Positions 1 through 9,788 of a stretch of DNA of 64,000 nt are shown one piece after another. Under the pieces are notes generated by a model. The model made no database searches. It worked only from the letters and a program-made list of their open reading frames with translations, and had not been told where the DNA came from. This DNA is from a bacterium (GTDB lineage Bacteria > Krumholzibacteriota > Krumholzibacteriia > LZORAL124-64-63): positions 389,141 to 453,140 of the forward strand of contig JADJCK010000001.1 of assembly GCA_016703265.1 (NCBI GenBank), written 5' to 3'. The position numbers and the translations under genes were made by a program. The first letter of the stretch is position 1. Each line of letters begins with the position of its first letter.

Positions 1-449
1 ACCTGCCCGGCGGCCAGCTCGAGTTCCGCGCGCCAGGTCCCGAGGCGCTCCTGTTCCGCGCCCACGAGCGCACCGAGGCGGTCGTTGAAGCGGCCGAGGT
101 GCGCGTAGACATAGGTACGACCCGAGGCGCCGCGCAGGTACACGGCCCGGCCGTAACCGCCGGGCGTAGCGCGCACGCGCGAGATCCACCCGTCCTCCAC
201 GGCGTAGGCGGGGAAGCCCTCGGTCTCGCGCGTCTTGAGGTCGATGCCGGCGTGGAAACGCCCGCCGCGGTATTCCATGAAGTTGCTCGTGAGCCAGCGC
301 GCCGGCAGGTCCAGGGGCCAGCGCGGCGCCTCCAGGTCGGGCGCCGGCGCCGCCCGGGCGGTCACGGCCGGGGCGCAGCCGGCGGCCAGCTGCAGAAACA
401 GGGCAAGTACCGGCAAGGACAGCCGATAACGCGAATGGGCCAGGCTCAT
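1..449 (-). CDS. M23 family metallopeptidase lipoprotein; ATG start at 449, C-terminus runs off the window start
   Basis: Hand translation of the minus strand gives MSLAHSRYRLSLPVLALFLQLAAGC (lipobox) followed by the HAGIDL and YAHL motifs of the M23/LytM fold. No stop was found through position 1. Confidence 0.7.
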   Translation of the reverse strand, partial: MSLAHSRYRLSLPVLALFLQLAAGCAPAVTARAAPAPDLEAPRWPLDLPARWLTSNFMEYRGGRFHAGIDLKTRETEGFPAYAVEDGWISRVRATPGGYGRAVYLRGASGRTYVYAHLGRFNDRLGALVGAEQERLGTWRAELELAAGQ

Positions 450-623
450 GCGTATCCGATCCTCGGCCGGGGCGGCGGTTGACAACGGGCACTCTAGCAT
501 CGCCAGCCAACCCGCGACAAGACGTGAGCTCGGCGCTACCATGGTCACGGGCCGCCGCTGGCGGCCCGGAGGAAACGCCCGCGGACGCGACGGCGCCGCG
601 GCACCAGACCTGGGAGGGACCCC

Positions 624-1976
624 GTGGACGTTCACAACGGTCACTGGCTTGACGACGATCGCGCCATCCCCGTTCCCGCCGGCCGCAGCTTCCTGCTCGA
701 CACCAACGTCCTGCTGCACGACGCCGACAGCCTGCACGCGTTCGAGGAACACAATCTCATCCTGACGATCGACGTGCTCGAGGAGCTGGACCGCTTCAAG
801 CGCGGCAACGACGAGAAGGGCCGCAACGCACGGCGCGTGATCCGCGACATCGACGCCTTGCGCGACGGCAGTTCGCTCAGCCAGGGCGTGCCCCTGCCCG
901 GCGGCGGCAAGATCTTCATCCTCGTGCGCAGCTTCACCGAGCACCTGCCCACGGGCATGGACCGCAGCCAGCCGGACAACCGGATCCTGTCGGCCGCCTG
1001 CGCCATGAACAAGGCCGGCGCCAACATCACCTTTGTCTCGAAGGACATCAACGCGCGCGTGAAGGCCGACGCGCTGGGCATCCGCGCCGAGGACTTCCTC
1101 AACCGCGTCGTCAACTTCGACGAGCTCTACACCGGCTGGAGCGAGCACGTCGTCTCCGACGCATTGATCAACGATTTCTACGCGGGCCGCCCCGTGAAGC
1201 TGGATGTGGGCCTGTGCCCGAACGAGGGCGTGCTGCTCAAGTCGGCCGACAATCCCAAGCACACCGCGCGCGGCATCTTCCGCGGCGACACCGGCCTGAT
1301 CGAGGCGCTGCAGCACGGCGACAGCCGGCCCTGGGGCCTGGGCGCGCGCAACCTGCAGCAGCAGTTCGCCCTGGAACTGCTCATGCGCGAGGACATCCGC
1401 CTGGTGACCATGCTGGGGCAGGCAGGCACGGGCAAGACGCTGCTGGCGCTGGCCGTGGGCCTGCAACTGGTGGCCGAGGAGAAGCGGTACCGGCGCATCA
1501 TGGTGTCGCGGCCGATCATGCCGCTGGGCAAGGACATCGGCTACCTGCCCGGCTCGAAGGACGAGAAGCTCAGCAGCTGGATGCAGCCGGTTTCGGACAA
1601 CCTGCAGTTCCTCGTGGACCCGAAGCTGGAGCATGCGGGCGACAAGGTGCAGTACCTGTACGACACGGGCGTGGTCGAGGCCGAGGCGGTCACCTACATC
1701 CGCGGTCGCAGCCTGCCGAAGGTGTTCATCATCATCGACGAGGCGCAGAACCTGACGCCGCACGAAGTCAAGACGGTGGTCAGCCGTGCGGGCGAGGACT
1801 CGAAGGTGATCCTGACGGGCGATGCGTACCAGATCGACAACCCGTACCTGGACGCGTCGTCGAACGGCCTGACGTACGTGGTCGAGCGCTTCAAGCAGCA
1901 TCCGATCCACGGGCACATCACGCTGGCCAAGAGCGAACGCAGCGAACTGGCCTCGCTGGCGGCCGAGCTGCTGTAG
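624..1976 (+). CDS. PhoH-like ATPase with N-terminal PIN domain (PhoH2 family)
   Basis: ORF-track 450 aa protein. N-terminus FLLDTNVLLHDAD...IDVLEELD is PIN-like; the C-terminus carries the Walker A GQAGTGKT and a PhoH core. GTG start with GGGAGGG 7 nt upstream. Confidence 0.85.
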   Translation: MDVHNGHWLDDDRAIPVPAGRSFLLDTNVLLHDADSLHAFEEHNLILTIDVLEELDRFKRGNDEKGRNARRVIRDIDALRDGSSLSQGVPLPGGGKIFILVRSFTEHLPTGMDRSQPDNRILSAACAMNKAGANITFVSKDINARVKADALGIRAEDFLNRVVNFDELYTGWSEHVVSDALINDFYAGRPVKLDVGLCPNEGVLLKSADNPKHTARGIFRGDTGLIEALQHGDSRPWGLGARNLQQQFALELLMREDIRLVTMLGQAGTGKTLLALAVGLQLVAEEKRYRRIMVSRPIMPLGKDIGYLPGSKDEKLSSWMQPVSDNLQFLVDPKLEHAGDKVQYLYDTGVVEAEAVTYIRGRSLPKVFIIIDEAQNLTPHEVKTVVSRAGEDSKVILTGDAYQIDNPYLDASSNGLTYVVERFKQHPIHGHITLAKSERSELASLAAELL

Positions 1977-1997
1977 CCCGGGCCGGGGCGCGGCACT

Positions 1998-2777
1998 CTA
2001 GTTGGTGGTCGAATCGGCCGGCGCGGGCGCGGCGCGCTCGCCCAGTGTCTGGCGCAGCTGCCCGATCAGGCACGCGTTCGCACGCTTGACGGCGCGCGTC
2101 AGGTTGCGCGTGACCAGTTGCTGGTCCTGCCGCGCCGTGGGCGTGATGTACGAGCGGTCATCGACTTCACCCAGGCACGACTTCTGCCAGACGATCTCGC
2201 CCCTCCGGTCGCGCAGCGTCAGGCGCACCTCTGCCTCGGCGCGATGGCTGGTCGGCACCGGGATGGCCATCATCCCGGCGACGGCCATGGCGGCCCCGAG
2301 CTTGGCGCGGTGCGAACTGTCGCTGCCGAGGGCGAAGCCGGCGGCGCCGCCGATCAGGCCCGTGAGCAGGTACGACGTGCGCGAACGCTGCAGCTCACAG
2401 GTGAACGACAGCAGGTCGGCCGAAAGCAGGTAGTCGGCCTGCGAGGCCAGCGGCACCAGTTCCACCAGTCCGGTCTGCTCAAGGTCCTGCGCCAGCGCCT
2501 CGGCGTACAGGCGCGTTGCCGGCGCCTCCCAGGACGTGTCCTTGGGGAAGGTGATGTTGAAGAAATGGCCCCGGCCCTCGCGCTGCAGCAGGGGCCGCAT
2601 ATCGGTGACGGAATCGATATAGAGCGCCGGAGTGCGACTGCCAACCAGCGCCATGTTCACCGATTCGTCCGGGTAGAGGAACGTGATGCGCTGGGCGCCG
2701 CAGCCGCCCAGCACGGTGGCAACCATCACGATGGCCGCCACGCCGGCAGCTCCACGCATCCACAGGTTCCGCTTCAT
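1998..2777 (-). CDS. lipoprotein of unknown function
   Basis: 259 aa ORF with a signal peptide and lipobox (VLGGCG). No recognisable catalytic motifs. Confidence 0.6.
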   Translation of the reverse strand: MKRNLWMRGAAGVAAIVMVATVLGGCGAQRITFLYPDESVNMALVGSRTPALYIDSVTDMRPLLQREGRGHFFNITFPKDTSWEAPATRLYAEALAQDLEQTGLVELVPLASQADYLLSADLLSFTCELQRSRTSYLLTGLIGGAAGFALGSDSSHRAKLGAAMAVAGMMAIPVPTSHRAEAEVRLTLRDRRGEIVWQKSCLGEVDDRSYITPTARQDQQLVTRNLTRAVKRANACLIGQLRQTLGERAAPAPADSTTN

Positions 2778-2828
2778 CGATTCCTCCCAGCCGGGTGTCG
2801 GGTCGGGTAACCGCCGGCGGCATACAAG

Positions 2829-3644
2829 TTACGGATCGATCACCTTCAGGGCCAGTCCCCGCTGCAGTCCGAGGCGCTCGGCGGCACTGCCGCCGGGCAC
2901 ACCGATCTCGACGGTGCCCCCACTCCCCCAGTACCAGAAAGCCGGCCCGGGCGGCGCCGCGGCGTAGTTCGGGAACGGCCCCGGCACCGCCTTGTCGCCC
3001 ACGACCAGGCCAGCACCGGCGGCCAGCCGCCGCCCGGCCGGCGTCTCGACGGCCAGGTCGCTGATGGCGTTGCCGAAGGCGTCGATCCAGACCAGGCGCG
3101 GCGGATCCCCGTGCACAGCCCCGACCGGCGGCAGCCCCAGCGCACCGGCTTCTTCAGCAGGGCCCAGCAAAGCCACCGGCTCACCCAGCGCCAGGCGTGC
3201 CGCTGCCGGCGCGAACAGGTCGCGGCCGTGGAAGGTGGCGCTGACCAGGCCCGTGCGCGGGTGCCCGCGTCCACACATCTCCTCCAGGCGCACGACCAGC
3301 AGGTCGGGCTCGGCGGCCAGGAACGCCAGCAGGCCGTTGCCCGGCCCGACGAAGCACTGCCCGCGAGCCGTGCAGGCCACCGCCGGCCGAGTCGAGCCGA
3401 CTCCCGGGTCGACGACCGCCAGGTGGACCGTGCCCGGCGGGAACGTGGCCGCTGCGCGTTCGAGGAACCAGGAGCCGGCGGCGATGTCGCCGCGCGGGAT
3501 GTCATGCGTCAGGTCGACGAGCGTCGGCTGCGGCTCGCTGTGCGGGTGGCGCGCCCACGCCGACAGCACCGCGCCCGTGAGCTCGGCCACCCCGGGATCG
3601 CGCCGGCCGAAGTCGGTCAGCAGGGTCAGGACGCCGCGCGCCAT
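2829..3644 (-). CDS. SAM hydroxide adenosyltransferase family protein (DUF62; fluorinase/chlorinase-like fold)
   Basis: MARGVLTLLTDFG...VVDPGVGSTRP...WIDAFGNAISD are the hallmark motifs of the family. The internal ATG at 3644 overlaps the upstream cutA stop (ATGA). The ORF-track N-terminal extension was judged spurious. Confidence 0.8.
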   Translation of the reverse strand: MARGVLTLLTDFGRRDPGVAELTGAVLSAWARHPHSEPQPTLVDLTHDIPRGDIAAGSWFLERAAATFPPGTVHLAVVDPGVGSTRPAVACTARGQCFVGPGNGLLAFLAAEPDLLVVRLEEMCGRGHPRTGLVSATFHGRDLFAPAAARLALGEPVALLGPAEEAGALGLPPVGAVHGDPPRLVWIDAFGNAISDLAVETPAGRRLAAGAGLVVGDKAVPGPFPNYAAAPPGPAFWYWGSGGTVEIGVPGGSAAERLGLQRGLALKVIDP

Positions 3645-3967
3645 CAGCGGCCGGCTCCCTGTGCCCAGGCAAGATAGTCGCGCGAGACGAAGCCCGACGG
3701 CCAGGCCACCATCTGCGGGATGTCGTAGGGGTGCTGCAGCTTCAGTTCGCCGACGCAAAGGTCGAAGCGCTCCGGCAGCACCTTGATGACGGCCGCGACC
3801 TCGGCCGTACGGCACAGGGCGCCTTCCCAGCGGTAGAACGAGGTGAGATCGGCGCCGACCTGCCCGCACACGGCCAGGCCGCCGTCCACCAGCAGGCCCA
3901 CCACGCGCTCGGCCGTCTCGCGGTCGGGGAACGTTGTCGTGAGGATCATCAGTTCGTTGGCGCTCAT
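3644..3967 (-). CDS. cutA: divalent-cation tolerance protein CutA
   Basis: 107 aa C-terminal part of ORF 3644..4474 (MSANELMILTTTFPDRETAERV...YDIPQMVAWP) matches the CutA1 fold. The upstream Arg/Pro-rich extension was discarded. Confidence 0.8.
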   Translation of the reverse strand: MSANELMILTTTFPDRETAERVVGLLVDGGLAVCGQVGADLTSFYRWEGALCRTAEVAAVIKVLPERFDLCVGELKLQHPYDIPQMVAWPSGFVSRDYLAWAQGAGR

Positions 3968-4791
3968 GCCTTCTCCGGTCCGGCCGTCGCGGCCAGCATT
4001 TCCAGCATGCGGGCGTGGAGCCCCGGCGCGGCGGCCACGACCCCGAGGTCGGGCACCGTGACGTGGGCGCCCGAGAGGTCGGTCACGATGGCGCCGGCTT
4101 CGCGCGCGATGAGCGTGCCGCCGGCCGTGTCCCAGGGCCGCAGCCTCAGTTCGAAGTAGCCGTCGAGCTTGCCCGCCGCCACGTGTACGAGGTCCGCAGC
4201 GGCACTGCCGCCGCGACGGATCCCGTGGCAGGGCGCCTTCAGGAAGGCGCCGACGGCAGCCAGCGTGCGGTCGACCGCCTGGTCGCGCACGTACGGGAAG
4301 CCGGTGGCCAGTAACGCCTGCTCGAGTGCGACCGGGCGGCGCGTCTCCAACGGCAGGCTGCCGCCATGTCGCGGCCGCTCGAGGATGGCGCCGCCGCCGC
4401 GATGGGCCAGGTAGAGCTCGTCGAGGTACGGCAGGAACACGGCGCCCAGTTCCAGGCCGTCGGGACCCACGCAACCCGCTGAGACGGCAAATATCGGGTA
4501 ACCGTGCGCGTAGTTCGTGGTTCCATCGAGCGGGTCCACGTACCAGGTGCGACCGCCGGGAGAACCGGTGCGCAGGCCCGACTCCTCGGCCACGACCGCG
4601 TCCTCGGGGAAGTCGTGGGCCAGGCCCTCCAGCAGCAGTTCCTCGACACGTCGGTCGACGTCGGTCACGAATTCGGTCGCGCCCTTGGCTTCCACCTGCA
4701 TGATGCGGCCCAGGCAGTCCAGTTGCAGGCCCCCTGCTGCCAGTACCAGTTCACGCAGGCAGAAGAGCTGTTCTTCCAGGTGGTCGCTCAC
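3964..4791 (-). CDS. inositol monophosphatase family protein (SuhB/CysQ-like)
   Basis: Contains the WYVDPLDGTTNYAHGYP IMPase signature. GTG start chosen at 4791 (alternative ATG at MQVEAKG). The stop overlaps the cutA start (ATGA). Confidence 0.75.
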   Translation of the reverse strand: MSDHLEEQLFCLRELVLAAGGLQLDCLGRIMQVEAKGATEFVTDVDRRVEELLLEGLAHDFPEDAVVAEESGLRTGSPGGRTWYVDPLDGTTNYAHGYPIFAVSAGCVGPDGLELGAVFLPYLDELYLAHRGGGAILERPRHGGSLPLETRRPVALEQALLATGFPYVRDQAVDRTLAAVGAFLKAPCHGIRRGGSAAADLVHVAAGKLDGYFELRLRPWDTAGGTLIAREAGAIVTDLSGAHVTVPDLGVVAAAPGLHARMLEMLAATAGPEKA

Positions 4792-4993
4792 GCTAGCTCC
4801 GTCGGTTCGGGTCGCGGCCGGGCGCGCCGGGCGCCCGGGGGCTATCGTAGGTGACGCGGACCGCTCCGACAAGGAGGCAAGCCCGCGGTTGAAGTTCCAC
4901 CCCGCCTGTTCTAGCTTGGGAGGGTTGTCGCGAGGCCCGGCGCACCCGCCCTGCCCCGCCGGAACCGCCCCTTCGCACCGGGAAGGAAACGAC

Positions 4994-5212
4994 ATGAAAG
5001 ACAGGATCCTGGCCGTCCTCGATGAGATCCGGCCGACCCTGCAGGCCGACGGCGGCGACATCGAGTTCATCGACTTCCATGAGGGCATCGTCACCGTGCG
5101 CATGCGCGGCGCCTGCGGCTCATGCCCGATGAGCATGGTCACCCTGAAGCAGGGCGTCGAGGCTCGCATGAAGGCACGCATCCCCGAGGTGCTGCGGGTC
5201 GAGCAGATCTGA
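4994..5212 (+). CDS. NifU C-terminal-domain (Nfu-type) Fe-S cluster scaffold protein
   Basis: 72 aa protein MKDRILAVLDEIRPTLQADGGDIEFID...CGSCPMS with the CxxC motif. GGAAGGA RBS. TTGAAG-17-TAGCTT promoter-like sequence about 70 nt upstream. Confidence 0.8.
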   Translation: MKDRILAVLDEIRPTLQADGGDIEFIDFHEGIVTVRMRGACGSCPMSMVTLKQGVEARMKARIPEVLRVEQI

Positions 5213-5246
5213 CGGCGCCGCTCGCCCGTCGGCCGGCCGCGGCCGC

Positions 5247-6617
5247 TCATGCCGGATAGACGTTCACGCCCTGAACGTTGGTGAATTCTCGCAAGCCGTG
5301 CCAGGACAGTTCCCGCCCCAGCCCGCTCTGCTTGACGCCGCCGAACGGCATCCGCGGGTCGCTCTTGACGATCGAGTTCACGAACACGGTCCCGGCCTCG
5401 AGCCGGCGCGCCAGGCGCTCGCCGCGTTCCAGATCACGCGTCCAGACGCAACCCCCGAGCCCGAAGACCGAAGCATTGGCCAGGCGCACTGCCTCTTCAT
5501 CGTCTGCCACGGCCATGACCGGCGCGATGGGACCGAAGACCTCGTCGCGCCAGACCGCCATGCCCGGCGTGACGTCGGCCAGGACGGTGGGCGGGAAGAA
5601 GCAGCCGGCGCGTTCGAGGCGACGGCCGCCCGTCAACAGGCGCGCACCGGAAGCCAGCGCGTCGGCGCACTGGTCGGCCAGCACCTTCATCTCGTCCTCG
5701 TTGACGATGGCGCCCACGCGCGTGCTCTCATCCAGCGGGTCGCCGATGGGCAGCGCCGCCATCGCGGCGGCGAACCGCTCCGTGAACTCGGCGACGACCG
5801 CACGCGCGACGATGAACCGCTTGGCGGCGATACAGCTCTGCCCGGTGCAGAGCATGCGCCCGGTCACGGCGCCGCGCACGGCCGCCTCCAGGTCCGCGTC
5901 TTCCAGGACGATGAACGGGTCGCTGCCCCCCAGTTCCAGGACGACCTTCTTGAGGTGGCGCCCCGCCAGTTCGGCAATGCGCCGGCCCGCTTCGACCGAG
6001 CCGGTCAGCGACAGGCCGCGGACATCGTCGTGGGCGACCAGTCCGGCGATCGTGGCATGGTCGCAGACAATGGTCTGGAACGTGCCGGCGGGATAGCCGG
6101 CCTCGGCGAACAATTCGCTGATCGCCAGTCCGCAGCCGGTCACGTTCGAGGCATGCTTGAGCAGGCTGGTGTTGCCGGCCGTCAGCGTAGGCACCCCGAA
6201 GCGGAGGGCCTGCCAGAACGGGTAGTTCCAGGGCATGATCGAGAGCACGACGCCCAGCGGCTGGTAGGCCACGTGATGGTGGAGCCCGTCGGCCTTCATC
6301 GGCGTGTCGGCGAGCCACTCGGCGCTTTGCGTGGCGTACACCTCGCAGAGCCAGGCACACTTCTCGACCTCGCCGCGGGCCTCGGTGACGGGCTTGCCCA
6401 TCTCCAGGCTCATGAGGCGGGCCAGTTCCGGCGCCCGCGCCCGCAACCGGGCCGCCAATGGCGGCAGCAGCGCCGCGCGTTCGGCCACGGGACGTGCGGC
6501 CCACTCGCGCCCGGCGGCAACGGCACGGTCGAGCGCGGCAAAGACCGCCGCAGCATCCTGGCGCGGGTACTCGGCGAGCCTGTCGCCGGTGGCGGGATTG
6601 ACCGTGACGACGCCCAT
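5247..6617 (-). CDS. NAD(P)-dependent aldehyde dehydrogenase (succinate-semialdehyde dehydrogenase-like)
   Basis: 456 aa protein with aldehyde dehydrogenase family motifs (ELGGSDP..., catalytic Cys region CTGQSC, GQSGLGRE). Confidence 0.85.
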   Translation of the reverse strand: MGVVTVNPATGDRLAEYPRQDAAAVFAALDRAVAAGREWAARPVAERAALLPPLAARLRARAPELARLMSLEMGKPVTEARGEVEKCAWLCEVYATQSAEWLADTPMKADGLHHHVAYQPLGVVLSIMPWNYPFWQALRFGVPTLTAGNTSLLKHASNVTGCGLAISELFAEAGYPAGTFQTIVCDHATIAGLVAHDDVRGLSLTGSVEAGRRIAELAGRHLKKVVLELGGSDPFIVLEDADLEAAVRGAVTGRMLCTGQSCIAAKRFIVARAVVAEFTERFAAAMAALPIGDPLDESTRVGAIVNEDEMKVLADQCADALASGARLLTGGRRLERAGCFFPPTVLADVTPGMAVWRDEVFGPIAPVMAVADDEEAVRLANASVFGLGGCVWTRDLERGERLARRLEAGTVFVNSIVKSDPRMPFGGVKQSGLGRELSWHGLREFTNVQGVNVYPA

Positions 6618-6669
6618 CGCGACTCCCGGGCGGCCGCGCCGGGGCGGCCGGGTCAGTGGGTGTTCACCA

Positions 6670-8187
6670 TCAGAACGCGATCTGGCGGAAGATGACCAGC
6701 GCCGCGCGGTGCACCGAGTCGGGCGCCACGCCCAGCAGGAGCACCAGCACCGCCAGCACGGCGGCGGCGCCCACGGCGATCGGCTCGCCGCCCGTATAGC
6801 CGTCCTCTTCGGGCTGCTTCATGTACATGACCACCAGCACGCGCAGGTAGTAGTACACCGAGATCAGCGAGTTGATGACGCCGATGACAGCCAGCGGGAT
6901 CAGGCCCGCGCGCACGACAGCCGAGAACAGGTAGAACTTCGACATGAAGCCGACCATCGGGGGAATGCCCGCGAGCGACAGCATCGCCATGGCCAGAACG
7001 GCCGCCGACACGGGCCGCCGCCGGCTGAGGCCCGCATAGCGCTCGATGTCGTCGGCCTCGCCGTCCTTGCTGCCCAGCGAACCGATGATGCCGAAGGCCG
7101 CCAGGTTCATCAGGCTGTAGGCCAGCAGGTAGAACAGCAGCGCGGAACCGGCCGACTCGCCCACTTCGCGGCCGAGCACCATCTGGGCGCTGCCGCCGGC
7201 AGCCGGCGAGATGAGCGTGACCACGCCGAGCAGCAGGTAGCCCGCGTGCGCGATCGATGACCAGGCCAGCAGGCGCTTGACGCTGTTCTGCGCCAGGGCG
7301 ACCAGGTTGCCCACGGTCATCGTCAGCACGGCCAGTGCCGCCAGCACCGGGTACCAGGCAAAGGCCAGCTGCGGCTGCATGAGCCAGGCGATGCGAATGA
7401 GGATCGCAAAGCCCGCGGCCTTGACCGCCGTGGCCATGAAACCGGTCACATAGGCCGGGGCGCCGTCGTAGACGTCGGGCGTCCACATGTGGAACGGCAC
7501 CATCGCAACCTTGAAGCCGAGGCCCACCAGCACCAGCCCGCCGCCGAGGATCGCCAGGCCCAGGTCGTTGCCGCCCTCGCCCAGGGCGCGCGAGATGTCG
7601 CTGAACGCCGTGCCGCCGGCGAAGCCGTAGAGCAGCGCCATGCCCATGAGCAGGAAGGCCGAGGCGAACCCGCCCAGCAGCAGGTACTTGAAGCCGGCCT
7701 CGCTGCTGCGAACGTCGCCGCGCACGCCGCCCGCCAGCACGTAAACCGCCAGGCTCATCATCTCGATGCCCAGGAACACCGTGAGCAGGTCCGAGGCCGC
7801 GGCCAGCACCATCATGCCGAGGATCGAGAACAGCAGCAGCGGGTAGAACTCGGCGCGATAGCGCGAGTCACGGTCGAACGTGGCGCTCGCGAAGATGGTC
7901 GTCAGCACGCCGCAGCCGGCGAACAGGTAGTTGAAGAAGCGGGAGTAGTCCCCCACCGTCATCATGCCGGCCATGATCTCGCGGTCGCCGGCGCCGCCGC
8001 GGGTCAACTGCGCCAGGACCGCGCCCAGCAGAACCAGCAGCGTCAGGAAGGACAGGTGGTCCTTCTTCTTCGCATTGACGAAGGCGTCCACGAGCATGAC
8101 GACAAGCCCGCCGCAGGCTACGACCAGGTACGGCAGCAGGACATCGATCTGGCTGCCGACCGACGGCGCAATGAATCCGTTCATCAC
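6670..8187 (-). CDS. nuoN: NADH-quinone oxidoreductase subunit N
   Basis: 505 aa polytopic antiporter-like subunit, last gene of the nuo operon. The start overlaps the nuoM stop (ATGA). Confidence 0.9.
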   Translation of the reverse strand: MMNGFIAPSVGSQIDVLLPYLVVACGGLVVMLVDAFVNAKKKDHLSFLTLLVLLGAVLAQLTRGGAGDREIMAGMMTVGDYSRFFNYLFAGCGVLTTIFASATFDRDSRYRAEFYPLLLFSILGMMVLAAASDLLTVFLGIEMMSLAVYVLAGGVRGDVRSSEAGFKYLLLGGFASAFLLMGMALLYGFAGGTAFSDISRALGEGGNDLGLAILGGGLVLVGLGFKVAMVPFHMWTPDVYDGAPAYVTGFMATAVKAAGFAILIRIAWLMQPQLAFAWYPVLAALAVLTMTVGNLVALAQNSVKRLLAWSSIAHAGYLLLGVVTLISPAAGGSAQMVLGREVGESAGSALLFYLLAYSLMNLAAFGIIGSLGSKDGEADDIERYAGLSRRRPVSAAVLAMAMLSLAGIPPMVGFMSKFYLFSAVVRAGLIPLAVIGVINSLISVYYYLRVLVVMYMKQPEEDGYTGGEPIAVGAAAVLAVLVLLLGVAPDSVHRAALVIFRQIAF

Positions 8188-9776
8188 TGCATCTCCGCGT
8201 TGCCGAACACGAACCGCCCCTGCCCATCCGGCAGGTCCAGCGCGGGAATCTCCACCGAGGCGCCATGGCCGTGACCGGCCGGCGCCGTACCCTCGACCGC
8301 CAGCGGCGCCAGCACGCGGGCCACGCTCGCTTCCACGCGGTCAAGGACCAGGCCGGGGCGCACGCCCAGCCAGAACATGAACACGACCAGCGGCAGCAGC
8401 ACCGCCAGCTCGCGAACCGACAGGTCGCTCAGGCCCTCGTTCTTCGGGTTGTCACGCCGCCCGAAGAAGACGCGCTGGTACATCCACAGCATGTAGATGG
8501 CGCCCAGCACGACGCCCGTGGCCGCCAGCACGGTCAGCAACCGGCCGTGGGCCAGCGTGGTGCTGCTGAACGTCCCGAAGAGGATCATGAACTCGGCCAC
8601 GAAACCAGCCATCCCCGGCAGGCCGATGCTGGCCAGCGTCGTGATCAGGAACAGCGTCGCGTACACCGGCATGCCGTGGGCCAGGCCCCCGAACTCCGAG
8701 ATCTCGCGGGTGTGCCGCCTCTCGTAGATGACGCCGACCAGGAGGAACAGCGCGCCGGTGGACAGGCCGTGCGCCAGCATCTGGAACAGGCTGCCGGCCA
8801 CGCCCAGCGGCGTCAGCGAGAACAGGCCCAGCACCGCGAAGCCCAGGTGGCTGACCGAGGAGTAGGCCACGAGCTTCTTGACGTCCGGCTGCACCAGCGC
8901 CACGAGCGCCCCGTAGATGATGCCGATCACCGCGAGCACGCTGATCGCCGGCGCAAACGTCGCCACGCCCTCGGGGAACAGCGGCATCGCGAAGCGGAGC
9001 ATGCCGTAAGTGCCCATCTTAAGGAGCACGCCGGCCAGGATCACCGAACCGGCCGTGGGCGCTTCGACGTGCGCGTCGGGCAGCCAGGTGTGCAGCGGCC
9101 ACAGCGGCACCTTGATGGCGAACGCGAGGAAGAACGCGGCAAAGAGCCACAGCTGCGTCTGCCGCGGCAGGTGCAGCGCCAGGAACGCCGAGAGGTCCAT
9201 GCTGCCGGCCTGGTAGTACAGGTAGATGATGCCGATCAGCATGAACACCGAGCCGACCATCGTGAAGATGAAGAACTTCACGGCAGCGTACAGGCGCCGC
9301 TGGCCGCCCCAGACCCCGATGATGAAGTACATCGGGATCAGCATGGCTTCCCAGAACACGTAGAACAGCAGCATGTCGCGCGCGAAGAACGTTCCCAGCA
9401 TGGCCGTCTGCAGCAGCAGCACGAAGCCCAGGAACTCGGCGACGCGATCCTTGACCGCTTTCCATGTCGACAGGATGACCAGCGGCCCGAGGAACGTGGT
9501 CAGCATCGCCAGCATCAGGCTGATGCCGTCCATGCCCAGGCGGTACGAGATGCGGCCGTCGGCCAGCCAGGCGGCGTGCTCGATGAACTGGTCCATGCCC
9601 GTGGCCGGGTCGAAGTGGAACCACAGGTGCAGCGAGAGCACGAAATCGAGCAGCGCGATCCCGAGCGCCAGCAGCCGCGCCGGGCCTTCGCGGCGCACGA
9701 CGGTCCACAGCAGCAGCGATCCGGCCAGCGGCAGGAACGTCACCCAGGACAGGATGTGGTCGGTGATGAACGGCAA
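8184..9776 (-). CDS. nuoM: NADH-quinone oxidoreductase subunit M
   Basis: 530 aa NuoM/ND4-like membrane subunit, located between nuoL and nuoN. Confidence 0.9.
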   Translation of the reverse strand: MPFITDHILSWVTFLPLAGSLLLWTVVRREGPARLLALGIALLDFVLSLHLWFHFDPATGMDQFIEHAAWLADGRISYRLGMDGISLMLAMLTTFLGPLVILSTWKAVKDRVAEFLGFVLLLQTAMLGTFFARDMLLFYVFWEAMLIPMYFIIGVWGGQRRLYAAVKFFIFTMVGSVFMLIGIIYLYYQAGSMDLSAFLALHLPRQTQLWLFAAFFLAFAIKVPLWPLHTWLPDAHVEAPTAGSVILAGVLLKMGTYGMLRFAMPLFPEGVATFAPAISVLAVIGIIYGALVALVQPDVKKLVAYSSVSHLGFAVLGLFSLTPLGVAGSLFQMLAHGLSTGALFLLVGVIYERRHTREISEFGGLAHGMPVYATLFLITTLASIGLPGMAGFVAEFMILFGTFSSTTLAHGRLLTVLAATGVVLGAIYMLWMYQRVFFGRRDNPKNEGLSDLSVRELAVLLPLVVFMFWLGVRPGLVLDRVEASVARVLAPLAVEGTAPAGHGHGASVEIPALDLPDGQGRFVFGNAEMQ

Positions 9777-9788
9777 AGCGCTTTCCTC

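Noticed and set aside
5298-6695. 465-aa plus-strand ORF
   Set aside because: It is antisense to the well-supported aldehyde dehydrogenase gene. It is Arg/Gly/Ala-rich and low-complexity, typical of spurious open frames in 70% GC DNA.
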